Source of the DNA: an uncultured Opitutales bacterium
GTDB taxonomy: Bacteria > Verrucomicrobiota > Verrucomicrobiia > Opitutales > Intestinicryptomonadaceae
Length of the DNA: 32,000 bases
Assembly (NCBI GenBank): GCA_934660865.1
Contig: CAKUIA010000009.1
Coordinates: 30,001 to 62,000, forward strand
Direction of reading: 5' to 3'
How positions within the stretch are numbered: position 1 is the stretch's first letter; the number at the start of each line of letters is the position of its first letter. The translations under genes were made by a program, and so were the position numbers. This document shows, one piece after another, positions 9,625 through 18,446 of this stretch. Under the pieces are notes generated by a model, which saw only the letters and a program-made list of their open reading frames with translations, did not search any database and was not told the DNA's origin.

Positions 9625-10824
9625 TTATATCTGGCCAATTTCCTTTAACATTTGCTGGAACCATTCGAATTTTGTGTTGAAGGGTTTGCCGCCCTTGATT
9701 CTTTCGAATTCTATGGCTCTTAAAACGTTGTTTTGGTCTTCGTCGTGGCCGATAACGCCCGAGTCTTTGCGCATTGCGCATTCAACGGCCAAGTCTACGC
9801 AGCTTTTTATAAGGTCTAGGTCTTCGGCGTTCGAGGCCGCAGCCCTTGCAAAGTAGCCGCTCTTTTGAACCAAAACCTTTTCGGCGCCTATCATCTTTGC
9901 AAACTGGTTGCCGAACCATTTGCCGGGGTTGATTGCGTCGAGCTTAACGTGGCCGAAAGCGTCTACGGGAACTTCTTCGCCCTTTGCCTTCATTTCTTCT
10001 ACAATGGTTTTTACGCCCGCGCCTTCGGAGATGAAGATGTTTACGCAGTCGTTCTTGTCCATAAGCTTTTTAAGGCGTGCGGCTTCCTTTTCGATGTCCA
10101 ATTCCATTTCGGGAATGTAGATGCCGTGAACGTCTCTTGTAGCCCTTTCCAAAATGCCGTCTACCCAGGTGAAAGAGTCGAGCATTTTTCTGTATTTATA
10201 GGCTGTAGCGGCGGTAAGGTAGCCGCAGTTTCTGCCCATAACTTCGTGTATAATCAACATTCTGGGGTTGGCCGAATATTCGCTTACAACGTTGTTGAAG
10301 TATTTTGCGCCCTCTTCGGCGGCAGTCCACGCGCCCAGGCTTTGGCGAATGGGGTATACGTCGTTGTCGATTGTTTTGGGCAGGCCTATAACCGTAAGGT
10401 TGTAGTTGTTGTCCTTAAGGAATTTTGCGAGGTCGGCCGCCGCGGTGTTTGTGTCGTCGCCGCCGATAGTGTGCAGAACGTCTACGCCGTCTTTAACGAG
10501 CTGTTCGGCCGCAACTTTTTGAGGATCTTCGCCTTCCTTTACAAGGCCTCTTTTTACGCAGTCTTTTACGTTTGTAAGCTTAACGCGCGAGTTGCCTATG
10601 GGCGAGCCGCCGAATTTAAGAAGCTCTTTTGCGTTTTTGCGCATATTGGCGTCTACCTTAATGCTGTCGCCCAAAAGCAGGCCCTTGTAGCCGCTCTTAT
10701 AGCATATGATTTCTATGCTGGGGTCTATTTCCGTGTAGCGGGCAATAAGGCCGCCTACGGCAGTTGAAAGGCAGGGGGCCAAGCCGCCCGCAGTTAATAA
10801 TGCAACTTTTTTTGGTTTGCTCAT
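9625..10824 (-). CDS. pfp: Pyrophosphate-dependent 6-phosphofructokinase (PPi-PFK)
   Basis: 399-aa PFK-family ORF (VALLTAGGLAPCLS). The diagnostic PPi-type residues are GGDDT instead of GGDGS, and GLPKTIDND instead of GLPGTIDND. Confidence 0.88.
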   Translation of the reverse strand: MSKPKKVALLTAGGLAPCLSTAVGGLIARYTEIDPSIEIICYKSGYKGLLLGDSIKVDANMRKNAKELLKFGGSPIGNSRVKLTNVKDCVKRGLVKEGEDPQKVAAEQLVKDGVDVLHTIGGDDTNTAAADLAKFLKDNNYNLTVIGLPKTIDNDVYPIRQSLGAWTAAEEGAKYFNNVVSEYSANPRMLIIHEVMGRNCGYLTAATAYKYRKMLDSFTWVDGILERATRDVHGIYIPEMELDIEKEAARLKKLMDKNDCVNIFISEGAGVKTIVEEMKAKGEEVPVDAFGHVKLDAINPGKWFGNQFAKMIGAEKVLVQKSGYFARAAASNAEDLDLIKSCVDLAVECAMRKDSGVIGHDEDQNNVLRAIEFERIKGGKPFNTKFEWFQQMLKEIGQI

Positions 10825-10854
10825 GGTGTGTTTGTGTTAAAATTTAAGCTCCCA

Positions 10855-10882
10855 AATCTACAAAAAAAGGCCGCGTGTGCAA
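10855..10882 (-). promoter_or_regulatory. Candidate sigma70-type promoter for pfp
   Basis: Minus strand reads TTGCAC (10882-10877), 16 nt, TAGATT (10860-10855), ending 30 nt upstream of the ATG at 10824. This is a by-eye match only. Confidence 0.3.
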
Positions 10883-10927
10883 GCGTTTTTTAAAAGGCGG
10901 TTTTGTGCGCGCAAATTTTTGCCGCGC

Positions 10928-10956
10928 AAAAAAACAAATCCCCGCGTTTGCGGGGC
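10928..10956 (-). terminator. Rho-independent terminator after the Asp23/AmaP-like gene
   Basis: The minus-strand RNA forms CCCCGC-AAAC-GCGGGG followed by AUUUGUUUUUUU. It lies about 18 nt after the stop at 10974. Confidence 0.6.
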
Positions 10957-10973
10957 GTTTGCAAGAAATTCGG

Positions 10974-11537
10974 CTAAAGCTCTTCCCGGGCGGCAATTTC
11001 GCTTTCCGTAAGGTCGGGCTTTTCAAAAAATTCGGTTTGTTTTGATTTTTCGTAGGCGGTTAGCGGCTTTTTTGCCAAGCCCCTAAAGCCCGTAATTTTT
11101 ACGTTTATTTTGCCCAGCTTTTCCACGCCCAGCTGCTCTACAAACTCTTTTGTAAGCTCTTCTTGCAGGCGCGACGAAAGCTCCGAAAGGCGCTGCTGGC
11201 TTTCTATTTTTAGCGAAACAAACACGTTTAAGCGCCGTCTTTTTAGCGAGATTTTAACCGAGGGCTTGTTAAGCGCGCCCAAATTGTAGCATACGCTTTG
11301 CACAAGCTTTTCCAACGCCGGGCGCGAAACTTCCACAATGCCCGAATTGTTTGTAAAAAGCCTTACGGGCTTAAAATGGCCCCATATTTTTGCAAGCAGC
11401 ATTGCGGCGGCAATCAGCGCGATTAAAACGGCTACAAAAAGCAGATTGTCTGGGTTCGAAAAAAATTCCGCCAGAAAATCGCGCGCTTTGTCCAACGCGG
11501 CTGCGGCTGTTTGGGATATCTCTTTAAAATCACTCAT
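10974..11537 (-). CDS. Single-pass membrane protein with Asp23/AmaP-like (alkaline-shock family) domain
   Basis: 187-aa ORF with one TM helix (LLFVAVLIALIAAAMLLAKIW). The following segment (GIVEVSRPALEKLVQSVCYNLGALNKPSVKISLKRRRLNVFVSLKIE...INVKITGF) resembles the Asp23/DUF322 fold pattern by eye. Confidence 0.5.
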   Translation of the reverse strand: MSDFKEISQTAAAALDKARDFLAEFFSNPDNLLFVAVLIALIAAAMLLAKIWGHFKPVRLFTNNSGIVEVSRPALEKLVQSVCYNLGALNKPSVKISLKRRRLNVFVSLKIESQQRLSELSSRLQEELTKEFVEQLGVEKLGKINVKITGFRGLAKKPLTAYEKSKQTEFFEKPDLTESEIAAREEL

Positions 11538-11579
11538 TCTTGCGTGCGGATTATTGCGGTCGGTTTAATTTTTACAATA

Positions 11580-13328
11580 TTAAAATTTTAGGTCGTCGGG
11601 CCATTCCCTTAAAAACCCGTCGGCGCGGTTTTTTTTGCAGGCGTCTATGTAAAGGGTGCCGTTTTCTATAAGAATATCGCGCGTAGGATCGGTATTGTTA
11701 AATATTTTCCACAAAAGTTTTTTCGGGGTTTCAATGTCTACCGAAGTGTCGAACATGGCTACGCATTTTATGTTGTCGAACATTTTGCTTTGCATTAGTT
11801 CGCTTAAAAGGTCGCGCCCCCTAAGCTCTTGCTTGTCGACCGAAAGCGCGCAAAACGACTTTCCCGATTTTGCCGCCTTTACAAAGCCGAATTTTTGCAC
11901 AATTAGCTGGTCGTTTAACCTGTCTAAAAGAGGCTTTGTTTTGCGCGGGGGCTCGCCCCCAACTTTTGCCGTAAGGTCGAAGCCTATTTTGTTGCCCATA
12001 AGCGGGCTTTGCGCCGAATGGTCCAGGGCGTCGAGCACGCCGAAGCCGCGCAAAATGTCGCAGTTTGGGTCGAACGAATTCAGGAATTTTTCCCACAGGG
12101 CGTCGTAGTTTGTAATGTCCGTATTTTCGTCTACAACGGCAATGCTTTTGCAAAAGCTCATTTGCCCTTGCCCCCAAAGCGCGCTTATAAGCCTTTGCGC
12201 GTGGGCGGGATACTCCTTTTTTATCGATACAACCGCTATGTTGTGGAAAACGCCCTCCCACGGCAAAAACATGTCGCAAATTTCGGGGAAAACCGCCTGC
12301 AGCATGGGCAGAAAAATCCTTTCGGTGGCCTTTGCCATATAGCAGTCTTCCATGGGCGGCGGGCCCACCAAAGTGGCGCAATATATTGGCTTTTTGCGGT
12401 GGGTTATGGCCGTAAGATGGAACACCGGGTACTGGTCGGCAAGCGAGTAGTAGCCCGTATGGTCTCCGAAGGGGCCTTCAAGCCTTGTTTCGAAAGGCTC
12501 TACATAGCCTTCAAGCACAAATTCGGCCTGGGCAGGGACTTCCAAATCTACCGAAACGCACTTAACCGTTTTTACCCCTTTGCCCCTAAAAAATCCCGCA
12601 AGCAAAAGCTCGTCTATGCCCCTCGGCAGGGGAGCGGTTGCCGCATATATTGTGGCGGGGTCCGCCCCGATTGCCACGGCCACGGGCATTCGCATATTCT
12701 TTTCGCGGTAAAGATTGTAAAAATGCGAAGCGTCTTTGTGTATGTGCCAGTGCATGCCCGTAGTTTTGCCGTCGAAAACCTGAAGCCTGTACATGCCCAA
12801 ATTGCGCTCGTTTGTGTCGGGGTTTTTTGTGAACACAAGCGGCAGCGTTATAAAGCGCCCGCCGTCTTTGGGCCAGCATTTTAAAACGGGAATTTCGCTT
12901 AGGTCTATCTGTTCGCCCATTTTTACTACCTCCTGGCAGGGCGCTTTGCCCGAAATTTTCTTCGGCGCAATTTTAAGCAAAGGCAAAAACTTTTTTGCGG
13001 TTTCAAAAAACTGCTTAAAAGACCGAGGCGGCGTAGTTTTTGTGTAGCGGGCAATCTTTTCGGTCATTTCGGCAAAGTTTTTTACCCCCAACGCCATACT
13101 CATTCTCTTTTCGCTGCCGAAAAGATTTACGGCAACGGGAAACTTGCTTTCCTTTACGTTTTCGAAAAGAAGCGCCTTTCCGCCGTTTGGTTTTTTGGAT
13201 TCCCTGTCGGCAAATTTCGAGATTTCAAGCTCGCACGAAACGGGCTCTTTAATCCTTACAAGCTCGCCTTGGCTTTCCAAAAGCGAAATAAATTCACAAA
13301 GGTTGTCGCAAATCATTTGCCGTTCCAT
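11580..13328 (-). CDS. UbiD-family decarboxylase, menaquinone (futalosine-pathway) type (MqnL-like, long form)
   Basis: 582-aa ORF with the UbiD hallmark EGPFGDHTGYYS plus family-typical segments (NLGMYRLQV, WHIHKD). An alternative start at the ATG at 13316 would give an ATGA overlap with the ubiX stop. Confidence 0.88.
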   Translation of the reverse strand: MERQMICDNLCEFISLLESQGELVRIKEPVSCELEISKFADRESKKPNGGKALLFENVKESKFPVAVNLFGSEKRMSMALGVKNFAEMTEKIARYTKTTPPRSFKQFFETAKKFLPLLKIAPKKISGKAPCQEVVKMGEQIDLSEIPVLKCWPKDGGRFITLPLVFTKNPDTNERNLGMYRLQVFDGKTTGMHWHIHKDASHFYNLYREKNMRMPVAVAIGADPATIYAATAPLPRGIDELLLAGFFRGKGVKTVKCVSVDLEVPAQAEFVLEGYVEPFETRLEGPFGDHTGYYSLADQYPVFHLTAITHRKKPIYCATLVGPPPMEDCYMAKATERIFLPMLQAVFPEICDMFLPWEGVFHNIAVVSIKKEYPAHAQRLISALWGQGQMSFCKSIAVVDENTDITNYDALWEKFLNSFDPNCDILRGFGVLDALDHSAQSPLMGNKIGFDLTAKVGGEPPRKTKPLLDRLNDQLIVQKFGFVKAAKSGKSFCALSVDKQELRGRDLLSELMQSKMFDNIKCVAMFDTSVDIETPKKLLWKIFNNTDPTRDILIENGTLYIDACKKNRADGFLREWPDDLKF

Positions 13329-13894
13329 TCTTTTACGAGGTTTTGCGGTATATCCAGGGCGGCCAAAGTTTTGCCGACCACAAAATTTACAAGGTCTGCA
13401 AAGCTTTGCTCGTTAGAGTAAAACGCGGGACACGCCGGCATAATTAGCGCCCCCGCCTGCGCCAAAGTTGCGCAGCTTTTAAGCAGCGGCAAGGAAAGCG
13501 GGGTTTCCCTTAAAAGCAGCACAAGCTTGCGCTTTTCCTTTAGGGCAACGGCCGCCGTTCTGCAAAGCAGGTTGTCGGCAACGCCGTAGGCGAGCTTGCC
13601 TATTGTGTTTGCCGAGCAGGGAGCCACCGCCATTGCGTCGAAACCGAACGAGCCGCTTGCGATTGGCGCAAAAAAGTCGTCGTCTTTAAATTCGTGCAGG
13701 TTTTCCATATTCGGGGCGTCGCCCAAAGCGTCTTTAAAGCTCGAAAACCCGAGCTCGCTTTCGAGTATCTGCTGGGCTTGCTTTGTCAGCGTAATGTAAA
13801 GTTCGGCGTTTGCCGCCAAAATGTGTCGCGCAATTTCCACCGCATATACGGCGCCGCTTGCGCCGCTTACAGCCAATACTATTTTCTTTGTCAT
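13313..13894 (-). CDS. ubiX: UbiX-family flavin prenyltransferase
   Basis: 193-aa ORF. The N-terminus VLAVSGASGAVYA and the segment MAVAPCSANTIGKLAYGVADNLLCRTAAVALKEKRKLVLLLRETPLS match the UbiX/Pad1 pattern. Confidence 0.9.
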   Translation of the reverse strand: MTKKIVLAVSGASGAVYAVEIARHILAANAELYITLTKQAQQILESELGFSSFKDALGDAPNMENLHEFKDDDFFAPIASGSFGFDAMAVAPCSANTIGKLAYGVADNLLCRTAAVALKEKRKLVLLLRETPLSLPLLKSCATLAQAGALIMPACPAFYSNEQSFADLVNFVVGKTLAALDIPQNLVKEWNGK

Positions 13895-13906
13895 AGTCGC
13901 ATTAAA

Positions 13907-14764
13907 TTAAAAGAGGCAGGTGCTTAGCATTGCAACAAAAATCAAAATGGAAACCGCCACATTCATATGGAAAAACACTATGTCTATATTTTTAAGCCCC
14001 GTTAGCCTTACTATTATATGCTCGGCAAAATAGGTTAAAATTGCAAGCGATACAATCGCAAAATACGCAATGTTAAATTGTTGCGAAATCCCAAGCCAAA
14101 CAAGGCAAAGGGCGGCCCCCGCAAAGCTTGTTGCCGAAATTGCCTTGGCTTTTTTGTCGCCGAATGTAGACGGTATGCTGTGCAGTTTTGCCTTTATGTC
14201 GAACTGAGTGTCCTGCATGGCATAGAGTATGTCGAAGCCGCCTATGTGGAACATAAGCGCAAGCGAAAGCGGCGCAAACGCAAACAAAAGTTTGCCGAAC
14301 AGCGCGGCCGAAACCCCCATAGGGCACATGCCTATTGCAAAGCCCAAAACAAAGTGGGCAAAAAATGTGAACCTTTTTGTGTACGAATAAAACGCCAATA
14401 TTGCCAACGCCAAAAAAGAAAGCCAAAAGCAGAATGTATTTAATGCCAGCGCGCTAAGGCAGAACATAACCGCGCAAACAGCCGTAAACGCCCTGGCTTT
14501 GCCCAGCGAAATTGCGCCGCTGGGAATGTGGCGCATGGCGGTGCGCGGGTTTTTTGCGTCGTATTTGCGGTCTACAATGCGGTTGAAGGCCATTGCAAAG
14601 GCCCTTGCAAACACAAAGGCCGCGAATATAAAAAGCATTTCGCGCCACGAAATTTTTGCCCCGCATTTATGGGCCAGGCACATTGCCGAAAGCGCAAAGG
14701 GCAGCGCAAAAAGCGTATGCCCAAGCTTAATCATATCCGAAAACTTTGCTATAGACGAAAACAT
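13907..14764 (-). CDS. UbiA-superfamily polyprenyltransferase (MqnP-like, futalosine pathway)
   Basis: Multi-TM ORF with two Asp-rich motifs, NRIVDRKYDAKNPRT and YAMQDTQFD. I prefer the ATG at 14764 (MFSSIAKFSDMIKLGHTLFALPF, 285 aa). The longer ORF to 14887 would overlap the divergent gene and the candidate promoters. Confidence 0.82.
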   Translation of the reverse strand: MFSSIAKFSDMIKLGHTLFALPFALSAMCLAHKCGAKISWREMLFIFAAFVFARAFAMAFNRIVDRKYDAKNPRTAMRHIPSGAISLGKARAFTAVCAVMFCLSALALNTFCFWLSFLALAILAFYSYTKRFTFFAHFVLGFAIGMCPMGVSAALFGKLLFAFAPLSLALMFHIGGFDILYAMQDTQFDIKAKLHSIPSTFGDKKAKAISATSFAGAALCLVWLGISQQFNIAYFAIVSLAILTYFAEHIIVRLTGLKNIDIVFFHMNVAVSILIFVAMLSTCLF

Positions 14765-14774
14765 GCTGGCAATG

Positions 14775-14803
14775 ATTTTATTGAATGGCTGCTTTTGCAA
14801 CAA
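14775..14803 (-). promoter_or_regulatory. Candidate promoter of the prenyltransferase-ubiX-ubiD operon
   Basis: Minus strand reads TTGTTG (14803-14798), 17 nt, TAAAAT (14780-14775), ending only 10 nt before the ATG at 14764. Confidence 0.35.
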
Positions 14804-14823
14804 TTTTTTGCGCAAGAAGTGTT

Positions 14824-14851
14824 TTGACAAATATCCGCCATAGCCTAAATT
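14824..14851 (+). promoter_or_regulatory. Candidate promoter of the mqnE-mqnA-mqnC-mqnD-mqnB operon
   Basis: TTGACA (14824-14829), 16 nt, TAAATT (14846-14851), ending 12 nt before the ATG at 14864. Confidence 0.4.
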
Positions 14852-14863
14852 GGTAGGCAAAAT

Positions 14864-15886
14864 ATGAGCAGATTTTTTGAAAGCCAATCGGATATCGAAA
14901 GGGCGTTGACAAACACGCCTTTGTGCGAACTGGGCAAAGAGGCCGACATATTCCGCAAAAAGCTTAATTCAAACAGGGCTTTTTATACGGTAAACGGGGC
15001 CGTAACCTATTCCAATTCGTGCGAGCTGCTCTGCCCGATATGCGCTTTCGGCAGGGCAAAGGGCGCAAAAGACGCCTATATTTTGTCGATACAGGAGGCT
15101 ACCGAAAGAACAAAAACCTTCAAAAACGCGGGCGCGGTAGAAGTTCATATAATAGGCGGCATAAACCACGACATTCCGTTTTCGTATTATCTCGATTTAA
15201 TTAGAGCCGTAAAGGGCGTAGACGAAAAACTGAACGTTGTGGCCTTTACGGTTTCCGAATGTGTAATGATGTCGGAAATTACGGGCAAAAGCTTGGAATA
15301 TGTGTATAAGAGCCTGCGCGACGCGGGGTTGGGCGCAATACCTGGCGGTGGGGCCGAAATTTTCGACGGCACCGTAAGGGGCAAAATAACCCCCAAAAAA
15401 CTTAGCGGAGCCGCCTGGCTAAACGCGCAAAAAACGGCGCACAAGTGCGGCATAAAAACCAACGCCACAATGCTTTACGGACATGTGGAAAACGCGCAAA
15501 ACGTTGCCGAGCACCTGAAGCTGCTAAGGGATTTGCAGGACGAAACAAACGGTTTTAAGGCCTTTGTTCCGCTGCCTTTCCGCAAGGGCGCAAACTGCGT
15601 AATACCATCAAAATCTTCGGCGGTGTACGACTGCAAAATATGCTCGTTGGCGCGTTTGGCGCTGGACAATTTCCCCCACATACGCGTTCCCGTTCCGCAC
15701 TTTACCGAAAGGTTTTGCCAGGTTTTGCTGAACTTTGGCGCCGACGACATTGGCGGCACGCACTGGCACGAAGAGGTTGCCTCTTCGGCGGGCGCAAAGG
15801 ACGAAATTTTAAGCGAAAAAACCCTTGTAAACTGCATACAAAGCGCGGGTTTTGTTCCCGTAAAGACAAATTCGAACTATGAATAG
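14864..15886 (+). CDS. mqnE: Radical SAM enzyme of the MqnE/MqnC/CofH family, most likely aminofutalosine synthase MqnE
   Basis: 340-aa ORF with the cluster motif CELLCPICAF (CxxxCxxC). Segments VEVHIIGG, IPGGGAEIF, NATMLYGHVE and FKAFVPLPF fit my memory of the MqnE (SCO4494-type) consensus better than MqnC. The family call is strong. The E-versus-C assignment is moderate. Confidence 0.75.
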   Translation: MSRFFESQSDIERALTNTPLCELGKEADIFRKKLNSNRAFYTVNGAVTYSNSCELLCPICAFGRAKGAKDAYILSIQEATERTKTFKNAGAVEVHIIGGINHDIPFSYYLDLIRAVKGVDEKLNVVAFTVSECVMMSEITGKSLEYVYKSLRDAGLGAIPGGGAEIFDGTVRGKITPKKLSGAAWLNAQKTAHKCGIKTNATMLYGHVENAQNVAEHLKLLRDLQDETNGFKAFVPLPFRKGANCVIPSKSSAVYDCKICSLARLALDNFPHIRVPVPHFTERFCQVLLNFGADDIGGTHWHEEVASSAGAKDEILSEKTLVNCIQSAGFVPVKTNSNYE

Positions 15887-16637
15887 CCCCTACAAAATGG
15901 GGGTAAACGAATATGTAAACAACATTCCCCTAAAGCTTGCGTTTGGCGAAAATTGCGGTTTTAACTTTGCCTACACAGTTATGCCGCCCGCCTTTTTAAG
16001 CGGGTTATGCGCCGAGAAAAAGCTGGATATTTCAAGCGTATCTTTTTGGGCGTATAAAACTTTTTGCGACAGCTACGAACTGCTGCCAAACTTTTGCATT
16101 TCGTGTTCGGGGGCGGTAAAAAGCGTAAAAATTGCGTCGCAGTTTCAGCTTAAAGACATTTCAAAAGCCCCTATTTATGTAACGAACGAGTCGGGCAGTT
16201 CGTCGAGGGCCTTTGCCCTTTATTGCAAAAAGGTTTTGGGCTTTGATTTGCCCGAACACACCACAAAAGATTTGCACTCGGCAAAGACGCTGTTTTTGAT
16301 AGGCGACGCAGCCCTAAGGCTAAACGACGCCGATTTCCCGTATTGCTACGACTTTGGCGGGCTTTTTTACGACGCGTTTAAAATGCCCATGGTATACGGC
16401 GCAATAGCCGTGAAAAAAGAGCTGTATGCCAAGTTAAAAGAGCCTTTGTGCGCCCTGTTTAACAGGTCTCTTGAAATTTTTGAAAGCGATAAAACGCGCT
16501 GCATACAAGATGCCGTAAAAACCGTAAATTCGCCCAATGCCGACTTTTTGTATATGAAGGAATATTTCGACAAATTCAGATACAAAATTTCCGACGCGGA
16601 ATTTGAAAAAATAAAAAACTTTGTTTTCGAGAAATGA
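15879..16637 (+). CDS. mqnA: Chorismate dehydratase MqnA (PF02621-type periplasmic-binding-protein fold)
   Basis: 252-aa ORF whose N-terminus MGVNEYVNNIPL resembles the MqnA start (x-Y-x-N-x-x-P-L). It sits between the two radical SAM genes. The start is either 15879 (8-nt overlap) or the ATG at 15897. Confidence 0.75.
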   Translation: MNSPYKMGVNEYVNNIPLKLAFGENCGFNFAYTVMPPAFLSGLCAEKKLDISSVSFWAYKTFCDSYELLPNFCISCSGAVKSVKIASQFQLKDISKAPIYVTNESGSSSRAFALYCKKVLGFDLPEHTTKDLHSAKTLFLIGDAALRLNDADFPYCYDFGGLFYDAFKMPMVYGAIAVKKELYAKLKEPLCALFNRSLEIFESDKTRCIQDAVKTVNSPNADFLYMKEYFDKFRYKISDAEFEKIKNFVFEK

Positions 16638-17680
16638 CGCTTTTAGAAAAGGTAAAAAACAATTTAAGGATAGAGGCAGCCGAGGCATTGCAGCTTTTTG
16701 ACATGCAGCTTTGCCTGTTGGGCGAAATGGCGAATATAAGGCTATCTTTTTTGGCCGACACAAAAAAAGTGGGCTACATAAAAAACCGAATGATAAACTA
16801 TTCGAACATTTGCATGGCAAAGTGCGCGTTTTGCGCGTACCATTCGGCAGCAAAGGTTATAAAGCCGTTTAGATATTCCGATTCCGAAATACTGCAAATT
16901 ATAGACGACGCAGTTTTAAAGGGGGCAACCCAAATAATGCTTCAGGGCGGCTTGTGCGACCAATACGATTTGCAGTGGGCGGCAAACCTCGCGCGGCAGA
17001 TAAAATCCAAATATCCAAAGCTTGATTTGCACATATTTTCGCCCTCCGAAATTGTCTATTTTGCAAGAAATTCGAAAAAAGACGTTTTCGAGGCTGTAAA
17101 AATCCTGAGAGAGGCGGGGGTAGATTCCATACCCGGGGCCGCCGACCTGCTTATAGACGAAATACGCGAAAAGTATTCGCCTTTAAAGCCGAAAAGGGAC
17201 GAATGGAAATCGGTTATGGCGGCGTTGGCAAAGCTTGGGCTTAAAAGCTCGGCTACAATGACGTTCGGCATGGGCGAAACTTTGGCGCAAAGAATAGAGC
17301 ACCTAAACTACATAAGAACCGTGCAGGACGAATTGGGCGTTTTTAACGCATTCATCGCCTGGCCGCTTGCGCCAGAGCACACAAAGCTTGATTACATAAA
17401 AAGGGCGTCGGCGGTGGATTTTCTCAAGACGGTTGCAATTTCCAGAATATTTTTGGACAACGTAAAAAACATACAGTCGGGCTGGCTTACCGAGGGAATG
17501 AAGGTTGCCGAAATGGCGCTGAATTTCGGCGCAAACGATTTCGGCGGAATTTTGATGGACGAAATGGTTATAAAGTCGGCCGGAATAGAAAATACGGCAA
17601 CCGAGCAGACCGTGCGCAAAATGATAGAAAACTGCGGCAAAATACCGTTCGAAAGGGACGGGCTTTACAATGAAATATGA
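16634..17680 (+). CDS. mqnC: Radical SAM enzyme of the MqnC/MqnE family, most likely cyclic dehypoxanthinyl futalosine synthase MqnC
   Basis: 348-aa ORF with the cluster motif CMAKCAFCAY. Segments IMLQGG, HIFSPSEI, ATMTFGMGET and FNAFIAWPL fit MqnC/CofH-type patterns. It has an ATGA overlap with mqnA. Confidence 0.75.
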   Translation: MTLLEKVKNNLRIEAAEALQLFDMQLCLLGEMANIRLSFLADTKKVGYIKNRMINYSNICMAKCAFCAYHSAAKVIKPFRYSDSEILQIIDDAVLKGATQIMLQGGLCDQYDLQWAANLARQIKSKYPKLDLHIFSPSEIVYFARNSKKDVFEAVKILREAGVDSIPGAADLLIDEIREKYSPLKPKRDEWKSVMAALAKLGLKSSATMTFGMGETLAQRIEHLNYIRTVQDELGVFNAFIAWPLAPEHTKLDYIKRASAVDFLKTVAISRIFLDNVKNIQSGWLTEGMKVAEMALNFGANDFGGILMDEMVIKSAGIENTATEQTVRKMIENCGKIPFERDGLYNEI

Positions 17681-18446
17681 TTTTGCGATAACGCCGTGCC
17701 CCAACGACGTTTTTACCTACTATGCCCTCATTTCCGGCGAGGTCGAAAACGGGGTGTTTAACTTCACTTTTTCGGACATAGAAAAGCTGAATAAAGACGC
17801 CTTTTTGGGGATTGCCCCCATAACAAAACTTTCGTTTGCCGCCTTTTTGAATTTGCGCGACAAATACGAGTTGCTCGACGCGGGCTCGGCTCTCGGAATC
17901 GGAAGTGGCCCCGTTTTGGTGTCGAAAAATACCGGGCTTGATTTGACGAAAAAAATCGCGGTGCCGGGGATAAACACAACGGCGAATCTGCTTTTAAACT
18001 TTTATGCAAAACAAAAGTTTTCGGCAAAGCCAAAGGTAGAGCCTTTGCACTTTAGGGAGATTATCGAAAACATTGCCTCCGAAAAATTCGAAAGCGGCGT
18101 TCTTATTCACGAGGGGCGCTTTGTGTTCGAAAATTTCGGCCTTCACCTGCTTGCCGACTTGGGCGCGTTTTGGGAAAACGCGACAAATTTGCCCGTTCCG
18201 CTGGGCTGCATTTGCATTAGGAAAGACCTGCTGCCTATAAAAGGGCAAGTCGAAAGCCTTATCCGCAAAAGCCTAAAGTTTGCCTTCGACAACCCCGAAA
18301 AGACGTATCCAATGGTTGCAAAAATGGCGCAGTATTTAAGCGAAGACGTTTTAAAGCGCCATATCTACGCATTTGTAAACGAATATTCGTTCGACATTTC
18401 GCAAATCAGGGAAAGTCTTTTGCACAATCTCGAAAAATGCCTGTAA
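17670..18446 (+). CDS. mqnD: 1,4-dihydroxy-6-naphthoate synthase MqnD
   Basis: 258-aa ORF. The N-terminal ITPCPNDVFTYYAL matches the MqnD SPCPND motif, and it is a PF02621-type paralog of MqnA. It overlaps mqnC by 11 nt. Confidence 0.82.
   Translation: MKYDFAITPCPNDVFTYYALISGEVENGVFNFTFSDIEKLNKDAFLGIAPITKLSFAAFLNLRDKYELLDAGSALGIGSGPVLVSKNTGLDLTKKIAVPGINTTANLLLNFYAKQKFSAKPKVEPLHFREIIENIASEKFESGVLIHEGRFVFENFGLHLLADLGAFWENATNLPVPLGCICIRKDLLPIKGQVESLIRKSLKFAFDNPEKTYPMVAKMAQYLSEDVLKRHIYAFVNEYSFDISQIRESLLHNLEKCL

Noticed and set aside
9300-9625. Replication origin or structured ncRNA/tRNA in the AT-rich spacer
   Set aside because: I found no DnaA-box-like TTATCCACA repeats and no dnaA/dnaN context. 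There are no GC-rich stems or tRNA cloverleaf features. AT-richness alone is insufficient.
9529-9648. 39-aa Lys-rich small ORF (MQKAIKKFLKNAQKK...) in the prs-pfp spacer
   Set aside because: It runs through the pfp terminator hairpin and antisense into the pfp 3' end. No promoter or RBS is evident, and A-rich sequence translates as Lys by default.
9865-10767. 300-aa plus-strand ORF antisense to pfp
   Set aside because: It has no recognisable motifs and a Val/Phe/Ala-rich composition. The opposite strand encodes a full-length PFK with all catalytic motifs.
10844-11026. 60-aa minus-strand ORF between pfp and the Asp23-like gene
   Set aside because: It spans the terminator hairpin and overlaps the 3' end of the upstream gene. 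Its basic low-complexity product is most likely spurious.
12009-12884. 291-aa plus-strand ORF, and the 186-aa minus-strand alternative-frame ORF at 11821..12381, within the UbiD-like gene
   Set aside because: Both have Arg/Gly-rich nonsense-like composition. The UbiD frame carries family hallmarks across the same span.
14765-14887. Longer UbiA-like start at 14887 overlapping the divergent mqnE start
   Set aside because: It would add 41 basic non-membrane residues and overlap the opposing gene and both candidate promoters. The ATG at 14764 gives a typical UbiA length of about 285 aa. This is not fully excluded.
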